A stretch of 56,826 nt of DNA from a virus (IMGVR_UViG_3300042569_001383:88125-144950); one strand, 5' to 3'. Positions 29,282 to 39,349 are shown, numbered from the stretch's first letter. The notes: generated by a model from the sequence alone, not told the origin. Numbers and translations: made by a program.

Positions 29282-29301
29282 TGGATATTTCCTATATTTT
29301 A

Positions 29302-29310
29302 TATAAATAT
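29302..29310 (-). promoter_or_regulatory. Late promoter motif ATATTTATA
   Basis: Upstream of the 298-aa gene through terminase. Confidence 0.7.
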
Positions 29311-29311
29311 A

Positions 29312-31807
29312 TCATCGAGTGTATTTCAATACTCCTAGTATCTGATTAACTGGAGCAAATGCCCCTGTCATTTTATATGTATGCCCTCCGTATACAAATA
29401 CAACACCTTCCGAAGGTACAATTGTATCAAACCCTCCTAGTTTTTGTATACGACGAAGTTCTTGTTCTAATTTTTGTATTGTAGCAGGGTCGCCTTTTGT
29501 TTGTAATTCTCTGATAAGTTGTGCTAGTTCAGTTTTAATATCTTGAACTGTTTTGTTAGGATTTGCCGCTAAGTAATTAGATGCATTCTGTAATACAACT
29601 ACTCCTAATCTCAAAAATATATTTTCAAATGGCTCTAGGTTTTGTTTTTTGTATTGTTTGAAATCTTTTTTATCAAATGCATCAACCCAAGCTAAAAATT
29701 CTGGATTCGTAATTTGTTTTTTAAGTATAGATATGTTTGATGATTTATCGCCGAATGCCCAACGATACATTAATGTATTAACTAATTCGTCTGAAATTTC
29801 ATATCCTAATTGTTGTGCTTTTGTTTTGATAACATCACGCCACCACGCTTTGTGATATTCACTAATCAAATCAGTATCTTTTAAATTGTATTTTTGTTGC
29901 AATTGATTAATTTCATTGAAGAATGCCGCTTGTTGGTCTTCAAAATTATATACTCGTCCTAATTTAATACGTTGTGGCGGAATAAATGAAAATGTTTTTT
30001 GCATATGGGCATTTGCATCTTGAATAATTTGTTGCATTAATGCACCGCCGGCTAAATCAGTTAATACCGTAACACCTTTTTCATCATATTCAACTAAATT
30101 GTGAAATTGTAAATGTGCTTTATCATATGCAATTACATTTTTTGTAGCTGGATATATGATTTCCATGTTAGCAAATACTCGTCCATTTTTAAAAATTGCG
30201 TTTAATTTATCTGCTGGTATCATTCTAAACGATTCAGTTAAATCTTCAGCACATGCTCGATATGCTTCTACAACTTGTTTATAACCTTCCGCAGCTTCCG
30301 CTCCATTTTTAGCAACACTTTCTTGATATTTTCTTTCAAAGTCTGCAATAATTTCACTTGTTGTCATTGGATTAATTACAGTACCTTTATTACGAGCAAA
30401 ACCAATTTCACCATTTTTCCATGTTACTTGAATATTTTGGCCATCTGTTTTTTCAGTAACAGCAGCTTCGATATCCAATCGCCCGGCTAATGCTCGAGAT
30501 ACAATTTCTTTCATATCATTAAATGATAATCCGTGATCATCCCATGGGTGAGCCATATGTCCTGCAGCTCCTCCTTCGGTGATAAGTTCACCTTTACCCA
30601 TTGCTGATTCTATTTTATATACAATATCATCCGGATTATTTTTTTGCCATGGACGACGCTGTTTTTTAATTGTTCTAGGAATTAATTCAATCATTTTTTT
30701 GTTTGGATTCCATTGCAACATGAACGGCATATGAATTGGAACATCGAATTGGTAATCGGATCCAACACCGGTAGGACGTTCTAATCGCAGTTGCCTAGCA
30801 ATTTTATCGCCGTATTCTGTTGCTAAATCTTCGAAGAAATCACGAAGTTCATCCATGTATATAGGAGCTTCATTTCTAGGATCATTTAGTCGGTCAATAA
30901 AATGTGTAAACTTGCCTTGGAAATCTACATCAATTCCATACTCAGAAAAGAACCCATCAACTGCTTGTTCGATTGATGCTAATTCGTCACGTGTTATATA
31001 ATTTTCAGTCAATATAGATTCTATTAATTTTGCACCTGCAACTGTTTTTGTAAAATTATCAAAATCATATACAAAAGATTTGCCTCGATTTTTTTCTAGG
31101 AATGACCGTAATTGTTTTATTTTTGAACCATGTCTTGTTGTTTCTTTTGGATTCATTATTGCTTCAAATATATCGTCAACATCGCGATGTAATTCAGTTA
31201 CCCACCATGATTTTGAAAATAAAGATTCGCTTACTCCTCGCAACATGCTCCATATTTTTTTTACAACATCATCAGTTTGATTTGGATATGATGCACGAAA
31301 TGTTTCATAATCGCCATTTGCTAATGCAGCACGAATTGTTGATGCTGATATTGGTTCTCCGTTTGCATATAACAATGGATCGATATCAATGTTTAATTCA
31401 GTTGCATCAATTCCTGCAGGAATCGTACGTCCTTTTTTATCTCCAACTGTTTTATATTTATCTACATTAGGAACAAAATCCTTTGCTCGTACGTAGTCAT
31501 CTCCTTTAGTTGATGCTGCCATTGCAAATCTACCTTTTGCATCAGGTGGCAATGCAAATAGATATTCATATGCTGCCATGATAGGCGAATTAAATTCAGT
31601 TGGTTGAATTGTAATTTTTGGATTTTGATTTAGTAAATTGAATATTTTGATTGTATTTTCTCGAGTGATACCATCACGTTCTTTAGGTCCGATTAATAGT
31701 ATTACGCGTTCCGTTTCTGGAGATTCGGCATATCGTTCTGCTAATGCTAAATGTGCTCCGGTTAGCGGTTTAAACCCGCCAGGAAATAACGTTGTTATTT
31801 TATTCAT
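29312..31807 (-). CDS. Multidomain protein: HIGH-type nucleotidyltransferase + RNase-like domain + ligase-type (KxDG) nucleotidyltransferase
   Basis: PGGFKPLTGAH and ISASTIR (cytidylyltransferase-like); THFIDRLNDPRN domain; EKTDG, ARN, MEI, EGVVF, YKMTG ligase motifs. Confidence 0.75.
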   Translation of the reverse strand: MNKITTLFPGGFKPLTGAHLALAERYAESPETERVILLIGPKERDGITRENTIKIFNLLNQNPKITIQPTEFNSPIMAAYEYLFALPPDAKGRFAMAASTKGDDYVRAKDFVPNVDKYKTVGDKKGRTIPAGIDATELNIDIDPLLYANGEPISASTIRAALANGDYETFRASYPNQTDDVVKKIWSMLRGVSESLFSKSWWVTELHRDVDDIFEAIMNPKETTRHGSKIKQLRSFLEKNRGKSFVYDFDNFTKTVAGAKLIESILTENYITRDELASIEQAVDGFFSEYGIDVDFQGKFTHFIDRLNDPRNEAPIYMDELRDFFEDLATEYGDKIARQLRLERPTGVGSDYQFDVPIHMPFMLQWNPNKKMIELIPRTIKKQRRPWQKNNPDDIVYKIESAMGKGELITEGGAAGHMAHPWDDHGLSFNDMKEIVSRALAGRLDIEAAVTEKTDGQNIQVTWKNGEIGFARNKGTVINPMTTSEIIADFERKYQESVAKNGAEAAEGYKQVVEAYRACAEDLTESFRMIPADKLNAIFKNGRVFANMEIIYPATKNVIAYDKAHLQFHNLVEYDEKGVTVLTDLAGGALMQQIIQDANAHMQKTFSFIPPQRIKLGRVYNFEDQQAAFFNEINQLQQKYNLKDTDLISEYHKAWWRDVIKTKAQQLGYEISDELVNTLMYRWAFGDKSSNISILKKQITNPEFLAWVDAFDKKDFKQYKKQNLEPFENIFLRLGVVVLQNASNYLAANPNKTVQDIKTELAQLIRELQTKGDPATIQKLEQELRRIQKLGGFDTIVPSEGVVFVYGGHTYKMTGAFAPVNQILGVLKYTR

Positions 31808-31822
31808 TATGATTCCGTTTTA

Positions 31823-31831
31823 TATAAATAT
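31823..31831 (-). promoter_or_regulatory. Late promoter motif ATATTTATA
   Basis: Upstream of the 831-aa nucleotidyltransferase gene. Confidence 0.7.
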
Positions 31832-31839
31832 TTGATATG

Positions 31840-34560
31840 TTATTTTATAGGGAATGTAGGTGCGATTGTGCTACTACCAACTTCTCGACTAGTACGATAT
31901 ACAAATTGTTTCATTTTAAATACAGATAATGCACTACCTGGGCTGGCATGATCCACCATCATATATATTCTAACATATTTACCTTGACAGTTTGCAAAAT
32001 TATCTTGTCCAGTTGTTCCTACAGCTACATTACTAGTTAGAGATGTGCCTGTTGTTGCACCAGATAATGCAGTCAATATACTTATACCAGGTGCTGCATT
32101 TAAAGGTTCGGGTATACTCCATGTATCATATCCATTTACTCCGCTTGTGTTAGATGATATTACACTCGCAGATTGTATATACCAACGAGCTCGTAGTGTT
32201 CTGGAGCCAGCAGACGCATTGTAAAATTCAGTAGTCGATGTATATTGTAAACGAGTTTCGCCTGGAAGTATAAATGTTTCAAATATAGATGCAGTTACCG
32301 GTGTTCCATCACTACCAAAATTGGCGCCAGTATGTGTAAATTCATTGCGGTCAAAATATACTACGCGGCCTACGTTTAAGCCATCAACAAATTCATTGTT
32401 GGAATCAAACAATACATTACCGGTATTGTCAACTGCAATAAATGCAGATGCAGTTACGGTGCCATTAGTATTAAGAACAAAACCACTAGATGATATTTGA
32501 AGCAATCCGGTGCTACCACTAATAAATGTTCCATTTGGATTTCCAAAAAAGAAGTTGTTTGTAGCAACATAAATTTCATCATCTGTAGTTGAATAACGAA
32601 AATAGCTAGAAGTATTAAGATATAATTCTAAACCTACACCTGAATATAAATTACCGTATTTTGTTAACGAGCCAGTTAAGGCAGACCCGGACCACAATAA
32701 AAATCCTGGAAAGCCTGCATCAAATCCATCATATCCTAAAGATCGTATAAATCCGGAATTTTTATATCCGCTAATTGCGACTCCCGATTCCAATGAATCT
32801 GCTACATACAATGATCCAGTTAACATGGAATAATCGCCGTCGATATAACGGTTACCACCTTGCCATGATTTATCGTAAAGATATGAAACTTGTTTGCTAC
32901 GAACTCCGTCTACATTGTAATATTCAACTTTGAATGATATTTGATTGTTTGCTTTATGTGGCGTATTAATCAATGAACGTATTCTAGTATAATTCGGCGA
33001 ATATCCGGCATCATTATCTGTTGTAGTTCGTACATCAGCAATTTGCCATGTTCCCGATTCTATCACAAATATCAACGTTGCAGTGCCTTGGTAATCAGTT
33101 TCAAAATTAAATACCATGTCGTCGATGCGTTGTGAGTCAGATGATATTTCAATTTGTCCGATACGTTTGCCTAGTATTTTTGGTAATTCTTGATTGAAAT
33201 AATCAGTTGAATCATATGCAACAGCACTACCAGATACATATACAGATAATTTAGGATTAATTCCGGTGTTATCTCGTGTACCTAATGCATCTATTGTAAC
33301 TTTGTATGATGATGTTGCAATGAATATTCCAGAATATGCTGGTTTCGTTTGTACAATTGTTACAGCATTAAGTGCTGATATATTTGTTGCGTTTGCAATT
33401 TGCATTGCATTGTTAATTGATGCAGTTTCCCATGTTAGTGTAGGAGCAGTGCTGGTTGTTTTACCAACATATGTAAACCCTTCCCAATATGTATCAATAA
33501 CGCTTTGTGATGTAAATATTCCAATGCTAACATCTGGAAATAAAGATGCAGTACTTGATATGAATATTTCAGTTTCTTCTAATTCAACATCATTAACCAA
33601 TTCCCATGTGCCAACCGTACCTTTATTCGTAGTAAAAACTTTGATTCTAGATACGTCGCCAGTTGCTGGTTCTAAACCATTAACTTGTATCAATGCAAAT
33701 GATTGCGAATTTTGTGTAGCTACATATGTAGGAGTTGCTTCATATGTTAATGAAAATGTTGAATTTGCAAATTCCGTATAAACGTGTGGAAAAATACTTT
33801 GGCTACTATACACCGTATACGGCACATCTAACAATGCCGTAGTATCGGATAATATCTTTTTTATCGTTGAGATGTAAGGCGTTGTACTGATTGCGTAATT
33901 AGGCGTAGGCGTAGGATTTTGTGGAGTTGTAATTGTAACGGTTCCTGTTTTCATATCGCCGGTAAATTTACCGCCGGTTAATTCAATAGCAGGTGTTCCA
34001 TTCAATGAAAATAAACGAACTGCTCCTGTAGTGTATGTTGGAAATTGTTGGCTACCGGAATAGATTCGATCTAACTGAACTCCTACTTGTTCAGAAACTG
34101 TTATTTGTGGTATTTTGCTAAATATTATTTCAGATACATTTGATACATTCGGATTCACCGGGACTGTACGAGACCATTTAATGTTAGGACGACCTTGCCA
34201 TGATGTTGGCACTACACCGCCTTGAATTGTTTGTGCTTCCGCAACCAATGTTACAGTGCAATCGCCAGGCGATGTTTCCGAATAAATATAAATTGCAATT
34301 ACGCGAGATTTGTCTTCATCAATATAATCGACTACTTCCGTGTATATCGGATCGTCGTTGTAATCTAATACTTCAACGTTCAATACTCCACCTACTTTTA
34401 AATTAGTAGGATGTCCACGAAGTTTAAATAAATTTTTACCAGCAGTTAATCGAGTTGGAAATTCCGTTATTTGAAAATAATCCGGAGAAGTCAACGAAGT
34501 ATCTTCAAAATAAACTTGTGTAAATTGTAAACCTTTATATATTGCTTCTTTGCGTTTCAT
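31840..34560 (-). CDS. Large virion structural protein (tail/baseplate associated)
   Basis: Beta-rich, S/T-rich 906-aa ORF with its own late motif; no catalytic motif recognised. Confidence 0.65.
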   Translation of the reverse strand: MKRKEAIYKGLQFTQVYFEDTSLTSPDYFQITEFPTRLTAGKNLFKLRGHPTNLKVGGVLNVEVLDYNDDPIYTEVVDYIDEDKSRVIAIYIYSETSPGDCTVTLVAEAQTIQGGVVPTSWQGRPNIKWSRTVPVNPNVSNVSEIIFSKIPQITVSEQVGVQLDRIYSGSQQFPTYTTGAVRLFSLNGTPAIELTGGKFTGDMKTGTVTITTPQNPTPTPNYAISTTPYISTIKKILSDTTALLDVPYTVYSSQSIFPHVYTEFANSTFSLTYEATPTYVATQNSQSFALIQVNGLEPATGDVSRIKVFTTNKGTVGTWELVNDVELEETEIFISSTASLFPDVSIGIFTSQSVIDTYWEGFTYVGKTTSTAPTLTWETASINNAMQIANATNISALNAVTIVQTKPAYSGIFIATSSYKVTIDALGTRDNTGINPKLSVYVSGSAVAYDSTDYFNQELPKILGKRIGQIEISSDSQRIDDMVFNFETDYQGTATLIFVIESGTWQIADVRTTTDNDAGYSPNYTRIRSLINTPHKANNQISFKVEYYNVDGVRSKQVSYLYDKSWQGGNRYIDGDYSMLTGSLYVADSLESGVAISGYKNSGFIRSLGYDGFDAGFPGFLLWSGSALTGSLTKYGNLYSGVGLELYLNTSSYFRYSTTDDEIYVATNNFFFGNPNGTFISGSTGLLQISSSGFVLNTNGTVTASAFIAVDNTGNVLFDSNNEFVDGLNVGRVVYFDRNEFTHTGANFGSDGTPVTASIFETFILPGETRLQYTSTTEFYNASAGSRTLRARWYIQSASVISSNTSGVNGYDTWSIPEPLNAAPGISILTALSGATTGTSLTSNVAVGTTGQDNFANCQGKYVRIYMMVDHASPGSALSVFKMKQFVYRTSREVGSSTIAPTFPIK

Positions 34561-34578
34561 TGCGTTTGATATCTTTTA

Positions 34579-34587
34579 TATAAATAT
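34579..34587 (-). promoter_or_regulatory. Late promoter motif ATATTTATA
   Basis: Upstream of the 906-aa structural gene. Confidence 0.7.
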
Positions 34588-37500
34588 CAAACATGATTTA
34601 TTTGGCTGAAACCGTTATGTTTATCTACATTGATTAATGAATCAACCATATCTCGCATAGAATCTACGTGACTAATTATGATTGAAAAGTCAAATTTAGT
34701 ACGGAAATAATCAAACAAATTAACTACCGATGAAATATGTTCTGAATCTAACGAGCCCCATCCTTCGTCGATTGCAATAAAATTAGGTCTAGGCAATGCC
34801 GATACATTAATCAATGCAATTCTAATTGCCAATGAAGATATAAAACGTTCCATGCCGCTAGTTAATTCTAATGGCCAATAATTATCTTCATCATAAATAA
34901 TGTATCCGTTAATATTTTTACCATCAGTATTCATTACCATGTTGAAATCAACTATTTGGTTAAGTACATTGTTAATTTCAGCTTCAATTTTAGGTAATGC
35001 CTTTGTAACTAATTCATATGGAATTCCATCGCGTTTTACTGATTCTAAATAATATTCATATGCTTTGTATTCCGTTTCCAATGTTCGGTATCGTTCAAGT
35101 TGTTGCATTGCAGTTGATTTTTTTGTTTTTGCAACTTCAATCGCTCCATACATGTTTTTAATTTGAGTTTGAATCGTTTTGATTTCATTGCTAATGTCTG
35201 TAATGTTTTGTTTACATGTAGCAATTTGTTCATTAATTTGTATGTTGTGTTTAATTGCCGTTTCATTTTTCTTGAATGAATCTTGACGTTCAATCACAAT
35301 TTCCAATTCAGACTCGCGGGTTTGCAAATCGCTTTCTAATATTTGTAGTTGTAACTCATTGCGTTCTGCTGTAATATTTTCAGTTGCAAGTTTGTTACGT
35401 AATTCATTTAATTGTTCCGTTTTTTCAAAAACCGGTTTCAATTCTGTTATTTCTGAATTTAAACTTACAATTCGTTGTTTAGTGTTTTCTAATAAGTCTC
35501 TATCTTCTGTAATTGTGTTTTGTGCTTCAATTGCATTTTGTACGAAAACGTTAGATGTACAGTATTTACATTTCGGATCATATTCATGGTCGGAAAGATG
35601 ATTAATTTTTTCTTGTTTAGCATTTACTCGCTCCTGTTGTTGACGTAATTTTTGTAAAAGTATATTAACTGAATATTCTTTTTTCGAATATAATTCGGTT
35701 GCTGCATTAATAGCCGCAATATCATATTCTGCTAATTTTGTTTCACGTTCATCAATATTTGCATGTAACGTTTCTAAATCAAATTCCGCAGTTTCAATAT
35801 CCGTTTGTATTGATTCAATTAATTGAATTAAATCTTGTTCTTGTTTTTTTAATTCGTTGATATCTGGCCCATCATACGTTGTTGGCATTTTAGTTTCAAT
35901 CAATGAAACAATTCGTTCTTGTAAAACATTTCGCTGTTCTTGCAATACATCTTCTTTTGTTTCTAATGTATTAATGTTGTCTTGATTGTCAGAAATAATT
36001 GTGTCTGCAGTTATGATTATATCAGCAAAATCAGTTTTTTTATAATCTTTTAAACGTCCAGCTGTCTCTTTTATTTCATCGGCTGCCAATTGATACAATT
36101 GTTCAAACACCGTGATGTCTAAGAATTGTGAAAGTAAATCTTTGCGTTCTTTTTGCGATTTTTCAATGAAATTGTTATTGTCGGCTTGCAATGAAAATGC
36201 CGTTAAAATGAAATCATCATATGTTCCTAGATAACGACGAATGTTTTTATTTGTTTCACTACGTTCTTCTCCATTAAGATTATCAGCATCGGTATAAAAA
36301 TCCACATCAACTTTTACATGTGATTCTTTCTTTTTATTTTGAGTACCACGACGTTCGATAGTATAAATTGTGCCGTTCATTTCAAAACGAAATACACCTC
36401 GGAACCAAGTTTTTTTGTTGTTTAAAACTTCGTTTGCTTTTCCGGTTTTGCTACATTTATCAAATATCGTATAAGTTATTGCATCTAATAAACTAGATTT
36501 ACCTGAAGTGTTTGCCGCAAACAATCCGCAAACATTTGACAAATTTTCAAAATTAATTAAATTGCCTTCTCCATAAGAAAACATGTTGTCAAATTCAAAT
36601 GATACGGGATGCCATGTAGTATGGCGTATTGATTCTACTGCCGGCAGTTTTGAATTTATAGTTCTATTAATATGTCGTATAGCATCAACTTCTTCTGCAG
36701 TTGCTTGTGGAAAATTTGTATCAATATATTCTGTCAATAAAATATTTTGATATTCAACGTCACGTACATTTCCAATAGCCAAATTATTGCTAGTAGTTGC
36801 TGATGCATGTTCAATTGTGCGTTGAATTGTTATGTCTTGCACATCGTATTTTTTACGAATCGTTGCAATTAATTTTTTCATATCAGCCGCACTAGTGCCG
36901 TTAAACTTGATTCTAATTCTAGGTTTAACTGGCATACGATGTGGATGCGAAACAATTTTATCGCCTTGTGTTTCCAACGTCACATAACCGTAATCATTTT
37001 GTATTTGCGCAAATTCTGCTGTACGTGATTCTAAATCCCATACTAATATTCCATGGTCTAATGCTTCGCCATGATTTTGTTGTATCAAACTACCTGGATA
37101 TGCAATTGTTCTTGCATCATCTAAAAATTGAGCTGGTTTATGAATATCTCCTAACAAAGTAATATCATGTCCTGCAAACAATGCCGTTGTAACATGTTCA
37201 TTTGAAATTTGGTATCCAATATCAGTTTTCGCAGTATTTACAGCGCCATGATGCAATGCAATTTTATAACCTGCTTGAAAATCTTTAGCCATTACGTATT
37301 CAGCTGGCGTTTTATCTACTGCCATATGATTCCAAGTAACGCCTCCTAATTCAAACAATCCGTTCTCTTTAATAAAATAAATGTTTGGATTTCGTATAAC
37401 ATCTAAAACAGGACTAACTGCATCGACGCGATGCATATTATTCAAATTCATGTCATGATTACCAAGAATTACAATTGTAGGAATTGTAAATCCATTAAAA

Positions 37501-37733
37501 AAATCAACTAGCATTTGTACTAGTTCTGGCGACATATCCAATTTGCTATGAACTATATCCCCGGTAACTACTGCTATACTATTTCCGGTGCAATTCGCTT
37601 CAATGTAATCAAATAAATTTTGAAATACCGTACGATATTCGCCATGGCGTTTTAATGTTCTAATATGTATATCAGAAACATGAAATATTTTATCAATTTT
37701 ATCGATTCCGCAATCGATTTGTTTTATGTCCAT
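34587..37733 (-). CDS. Fused Mre11/SbcD nuclease + Rad50/SbcC ATPase (T4 gp47+gp46-like)
   Basis: DIH, TGDIVH, GNHD, HHG, GDIH phosphoesterase motifs; Walker A NTSGKSS; zinc hook CKYC within a coiled coil; TSGME signature; Walker B FIAIDEG; ISH. Confidence 0.93.
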   Translation of the reverse strand: MDIKQIDCGIDKIDKIFHVSDIHIRTLKRHGEYRTVFQNLFDYIEANCTGNSIAVVTGDIVHSKLDMSPELVQMLVDFFNGFTIPTIVILGNHDMNLNNMHRVDAVSPVLDVIRNPNIYFIKENGLFELGGVTWNHMAVDKTPAEYVMAKDFQAGYKIALHHGAVNTAKTDIGYQISNEHVTTALFAGHDITLLGDIHKPAQFLDDARTIAYPGSLIQQNHGEALDHGILVWDLESRTAEFAQIQNDYGYVTLETQGDKIVSHPHRMPVKPRIRIKFNGTSAADMKKLIATIRKKYDVQDITIQRTIEHASATTSNNLAIGNVRDVEYQNILLTEYIDTNFPQATAEEVDAIRHINRTINSKLPAVESIRHTTWHPVSFEFDNMFSYGEGNLINFENLSNVCGLFAANTSGKSSLLDAITYTIFDKCSKTGKANEVLNNKKTWFRGVFRFEMNGTIYTIERRGTQNKKKESHVKVDVDFYTDADNLNGEERSETNKNIRRYLGTYDDFILTAFSLQADNNNFIEKSQKERKDLLSQFLDITVFEQLYQLAADEIKETAGRLKDYKKTDFADIIITADTIISDNQDNINTLETKEDVLQEQRNVLQERIVSLIETKMPTTYDGPDINELKKQEQDLIQLIESIQTDIETAEFDLETLHANIDERETKLAEYDIAAINAATELYSKKEYSVNILLQKLRQQQERVNAKQEKINHLSDHEYDPKCKYCTSNVFVQNAIEAQNTITEDRDLLENTKQRIVSLNSEITELKPVFEKTEQLNELRNKLATENITAERNELQLQILESDLQTRESELEIVIERQDSFKKNETAIKHNIQINEQIATCKQNITDISNEIKTIQTQIKNMYGAIEVAKTKKSTAMQQLERYRTLETEYKAYEYYLESVKRDGIPYELVTKALPKIEAEINNVLNQIVDFNMVMNTDGKNINGYIIYDEDNYWPLELTSGMERFISSLAIRIALINVSALPRPNFIAIDEGWGSLDSEHISSVVNLFDYFRTKFDFSIIISHVDSMRDMVDSLINVDKHNGFSQINHV

Positions 37734-38668
37734 ATTAATCCCATTCTCAATTCCATAACTCGTTCAAAAGTTAAGATAGTTGTATTTTCTAAAATTTCTG
37801 TAATTTTTTCAAAACCTAATTCCGATGCATCTTCGTTTTTTAGTTCAACGAAATATACATTTAAGCCTTCACCCATAAACCGTTCAGCAATCGTTAACGC
37901 ATTTTTCAAAGCATCCGAATCTAAACAAATATAAATTTCTTTAACACGTTCTTGTATGATTTTCTTTTGCAATGCAGGTTGTATGATTTTTCCAAATAAT
38001 GGTATCGCATTGCGTTTAACGGCAATTGCATCAAATGATCCTTCACATAAAACAATTGGTTCAGACCAATTTATTAACATTTCAAAACCAATAATATCTT
38101 TAGAAATTTTAGGATTCTTATGTTTAAATTTATCTGCTTTATAATAAGCACGACTAACAAAATAATTTAATTGACCATCATTATCGTAACTAGGTATGAT
38201 TATTTTGCCGGAATATTCACCAGATTCGCAATATCCAATTCTGTATTTTAAAATATCAAATATTGTTATGCCTCGATTAGTTAAATAATGTATTGCATTA
38301 CGATAATCTGGTGTTGATTTTTTAATCCATAACGGAGAATATTCTGCTGGAATTTGTATGGATTGATTTGGCTTCGTGTCAGTTTCAGTAACGCGATATC
38401 GAGCCGATTCAATTATTCGATTTAATTGTTCGAATCGTTCTTTAGGTAAATTTAATTGTTTAAATAAAGACGCAATACTTCTACCTTTTTTATCTGAAAT
38501 CCAACAATGCCAAGCATTTTCTCCAGAACTAGTTGTATTGATATCAATTTCTAATTTTGGTTTGTAATGAGATTGAAACGGAGAAAAGAACGCAATATTA
38601 TTTCCGGAAGTAATTTTTCCTTTTCCTAATATTGATTCAAGTAATTGAAGTAATTTAAGATTCTTCAT
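37724..38668 (-). CDS. DNA primase (DnaG-like, TOPRIM)
   Basis: YL.NRGI, IIIPSYD..G.L.YFVSR, LCEGSFDAIAV, CLDSDA. Confidence 0.9.
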   Translation of the reverse strand: MKNLKLLQLLESILGKGKITSGNNIAFFSPFQSHYKPKLEIDINTTSSGENAWHCWISDKKGRSIASLFKQLNLPKERFEQLNRIIESARYRVTETDTKPNQSIQIPAEYSPLWIKKSTPDYRNAIHYLTNRGITIFDILKYRIGYCESGEYSGKIIIPSYDNDGQLNYFVSRAYYKADKFKHKNPKISKDIIGFEMLINWSEPIVLCEGSFDAIAVKRNAIPLFGKIIQPALQKKIIQERVKEIYICLDSDALKNALTIAERFMGEGLNVYFVELKNEDASELGFEKITEILENTTILTFERVMELRMGLIWT

Positions 38669-38674
38669 ATTAAT

Positions 38675-38703
38675 ATTATATTGAATTTCATAATGATATC
38701 CAA
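38675..38703 (-). promoter_or_regulatory. Sigma70-like early/middle promoter for primase and Mre11-Rad50
   Basis: TTGGAT-N17-TATAAT, 6 nt upstream of the primase ATG. Confidence 0.65.
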
Positions 38704-38869
38704 ATTAATAATATTAATAATATTAATAATATAAATAATATAATGTTTGACACATACATTAACATTCCTGATCAAACGATCGAATTAATAAATAATTCAA
38801 TCTATTAATTAAATAAATTTCATTAATATTTCATGAATATATTAAAAATATTTTTAATTTCAAACCTTT
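38704..38869. other. Very AT-rich non-coding interval with short repeats and a palindrome; candidate origin or regulatory region
   Basis: ATTAATAAT x3 at ~38704-38730; perfect 18-bp palindrome ATTAAAAATATTTTTAAT at 38841-38858; no ORF. Confidence 0.4.
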
Positions 38870-39349
38870 TCAGAAGAATTTTTTAATAACATGTGGAGAT
38901 TCGCCAGTTTTAACACATTCAGTTAACCATTCCGCAGGAATATCGCGTTTAGCAATATGTTTAATTCCTAATTTTTCAGCATAACTTTCATATGTAGTTT
39001 TGCTATTTTTTGAAATTTTTTGTGTAGGTGTTTGAAATACTAAACGAATATCGACGCCAGGATTTGATTGCAATACATGTTTCATTTTTAAACGATCAGC
39101 GCTAGTCCATCGTCCTTTAGTTTCAATATACATGAACGTGCCATCTTTTTTTGTAAATACAAAATCAGGTGTATATTTTGCTTTGCGTTCGGGTACAATA
39201 TAATTTATGATTTCCGTTTCATAATTCAAATCATATTCGGTACTTTTTATCCATTCCGCAACTGTATGTTCTAATCCGGATTTGTAACCGTATTTTAATG
39301 CCGCAGCACGTTTTGCGTTGCCGGCACTATGAAAGTGATTTTTTGCCAT
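38870..39349 (-). CDS. T7 endonuclease I-like Holliday junction resolvase
   Basis: YKSGLE, YE...I.Y.VP....KYTPDF, YIETKGRW...DR.KM. Confidence 0.92.
   Translation of the reverse strand: MAKNHFHSAGNAKRAAALKYGYKSGLEHTVAEWIKSTEYDLNYETEIINYIVPERKAKYTPDFVFTKKDGTFMYIETKGRWTSADRLKMKHVLQSNPGVDIRLVFQTPTQKISKNSKTTYESYAEKLGIKHIAKRDIPAEWLTECVKTGESPHVIKKFF

Noticed and set aside
2586-35293. Short minus-strand ORFs nested out of frame in large genes (2586-2813, 2946-3137, 11028-11210, 15192-15395, 35045-35293)
   Set aside because: Chance open frames inside conserved genes; no motifs or initiation signals
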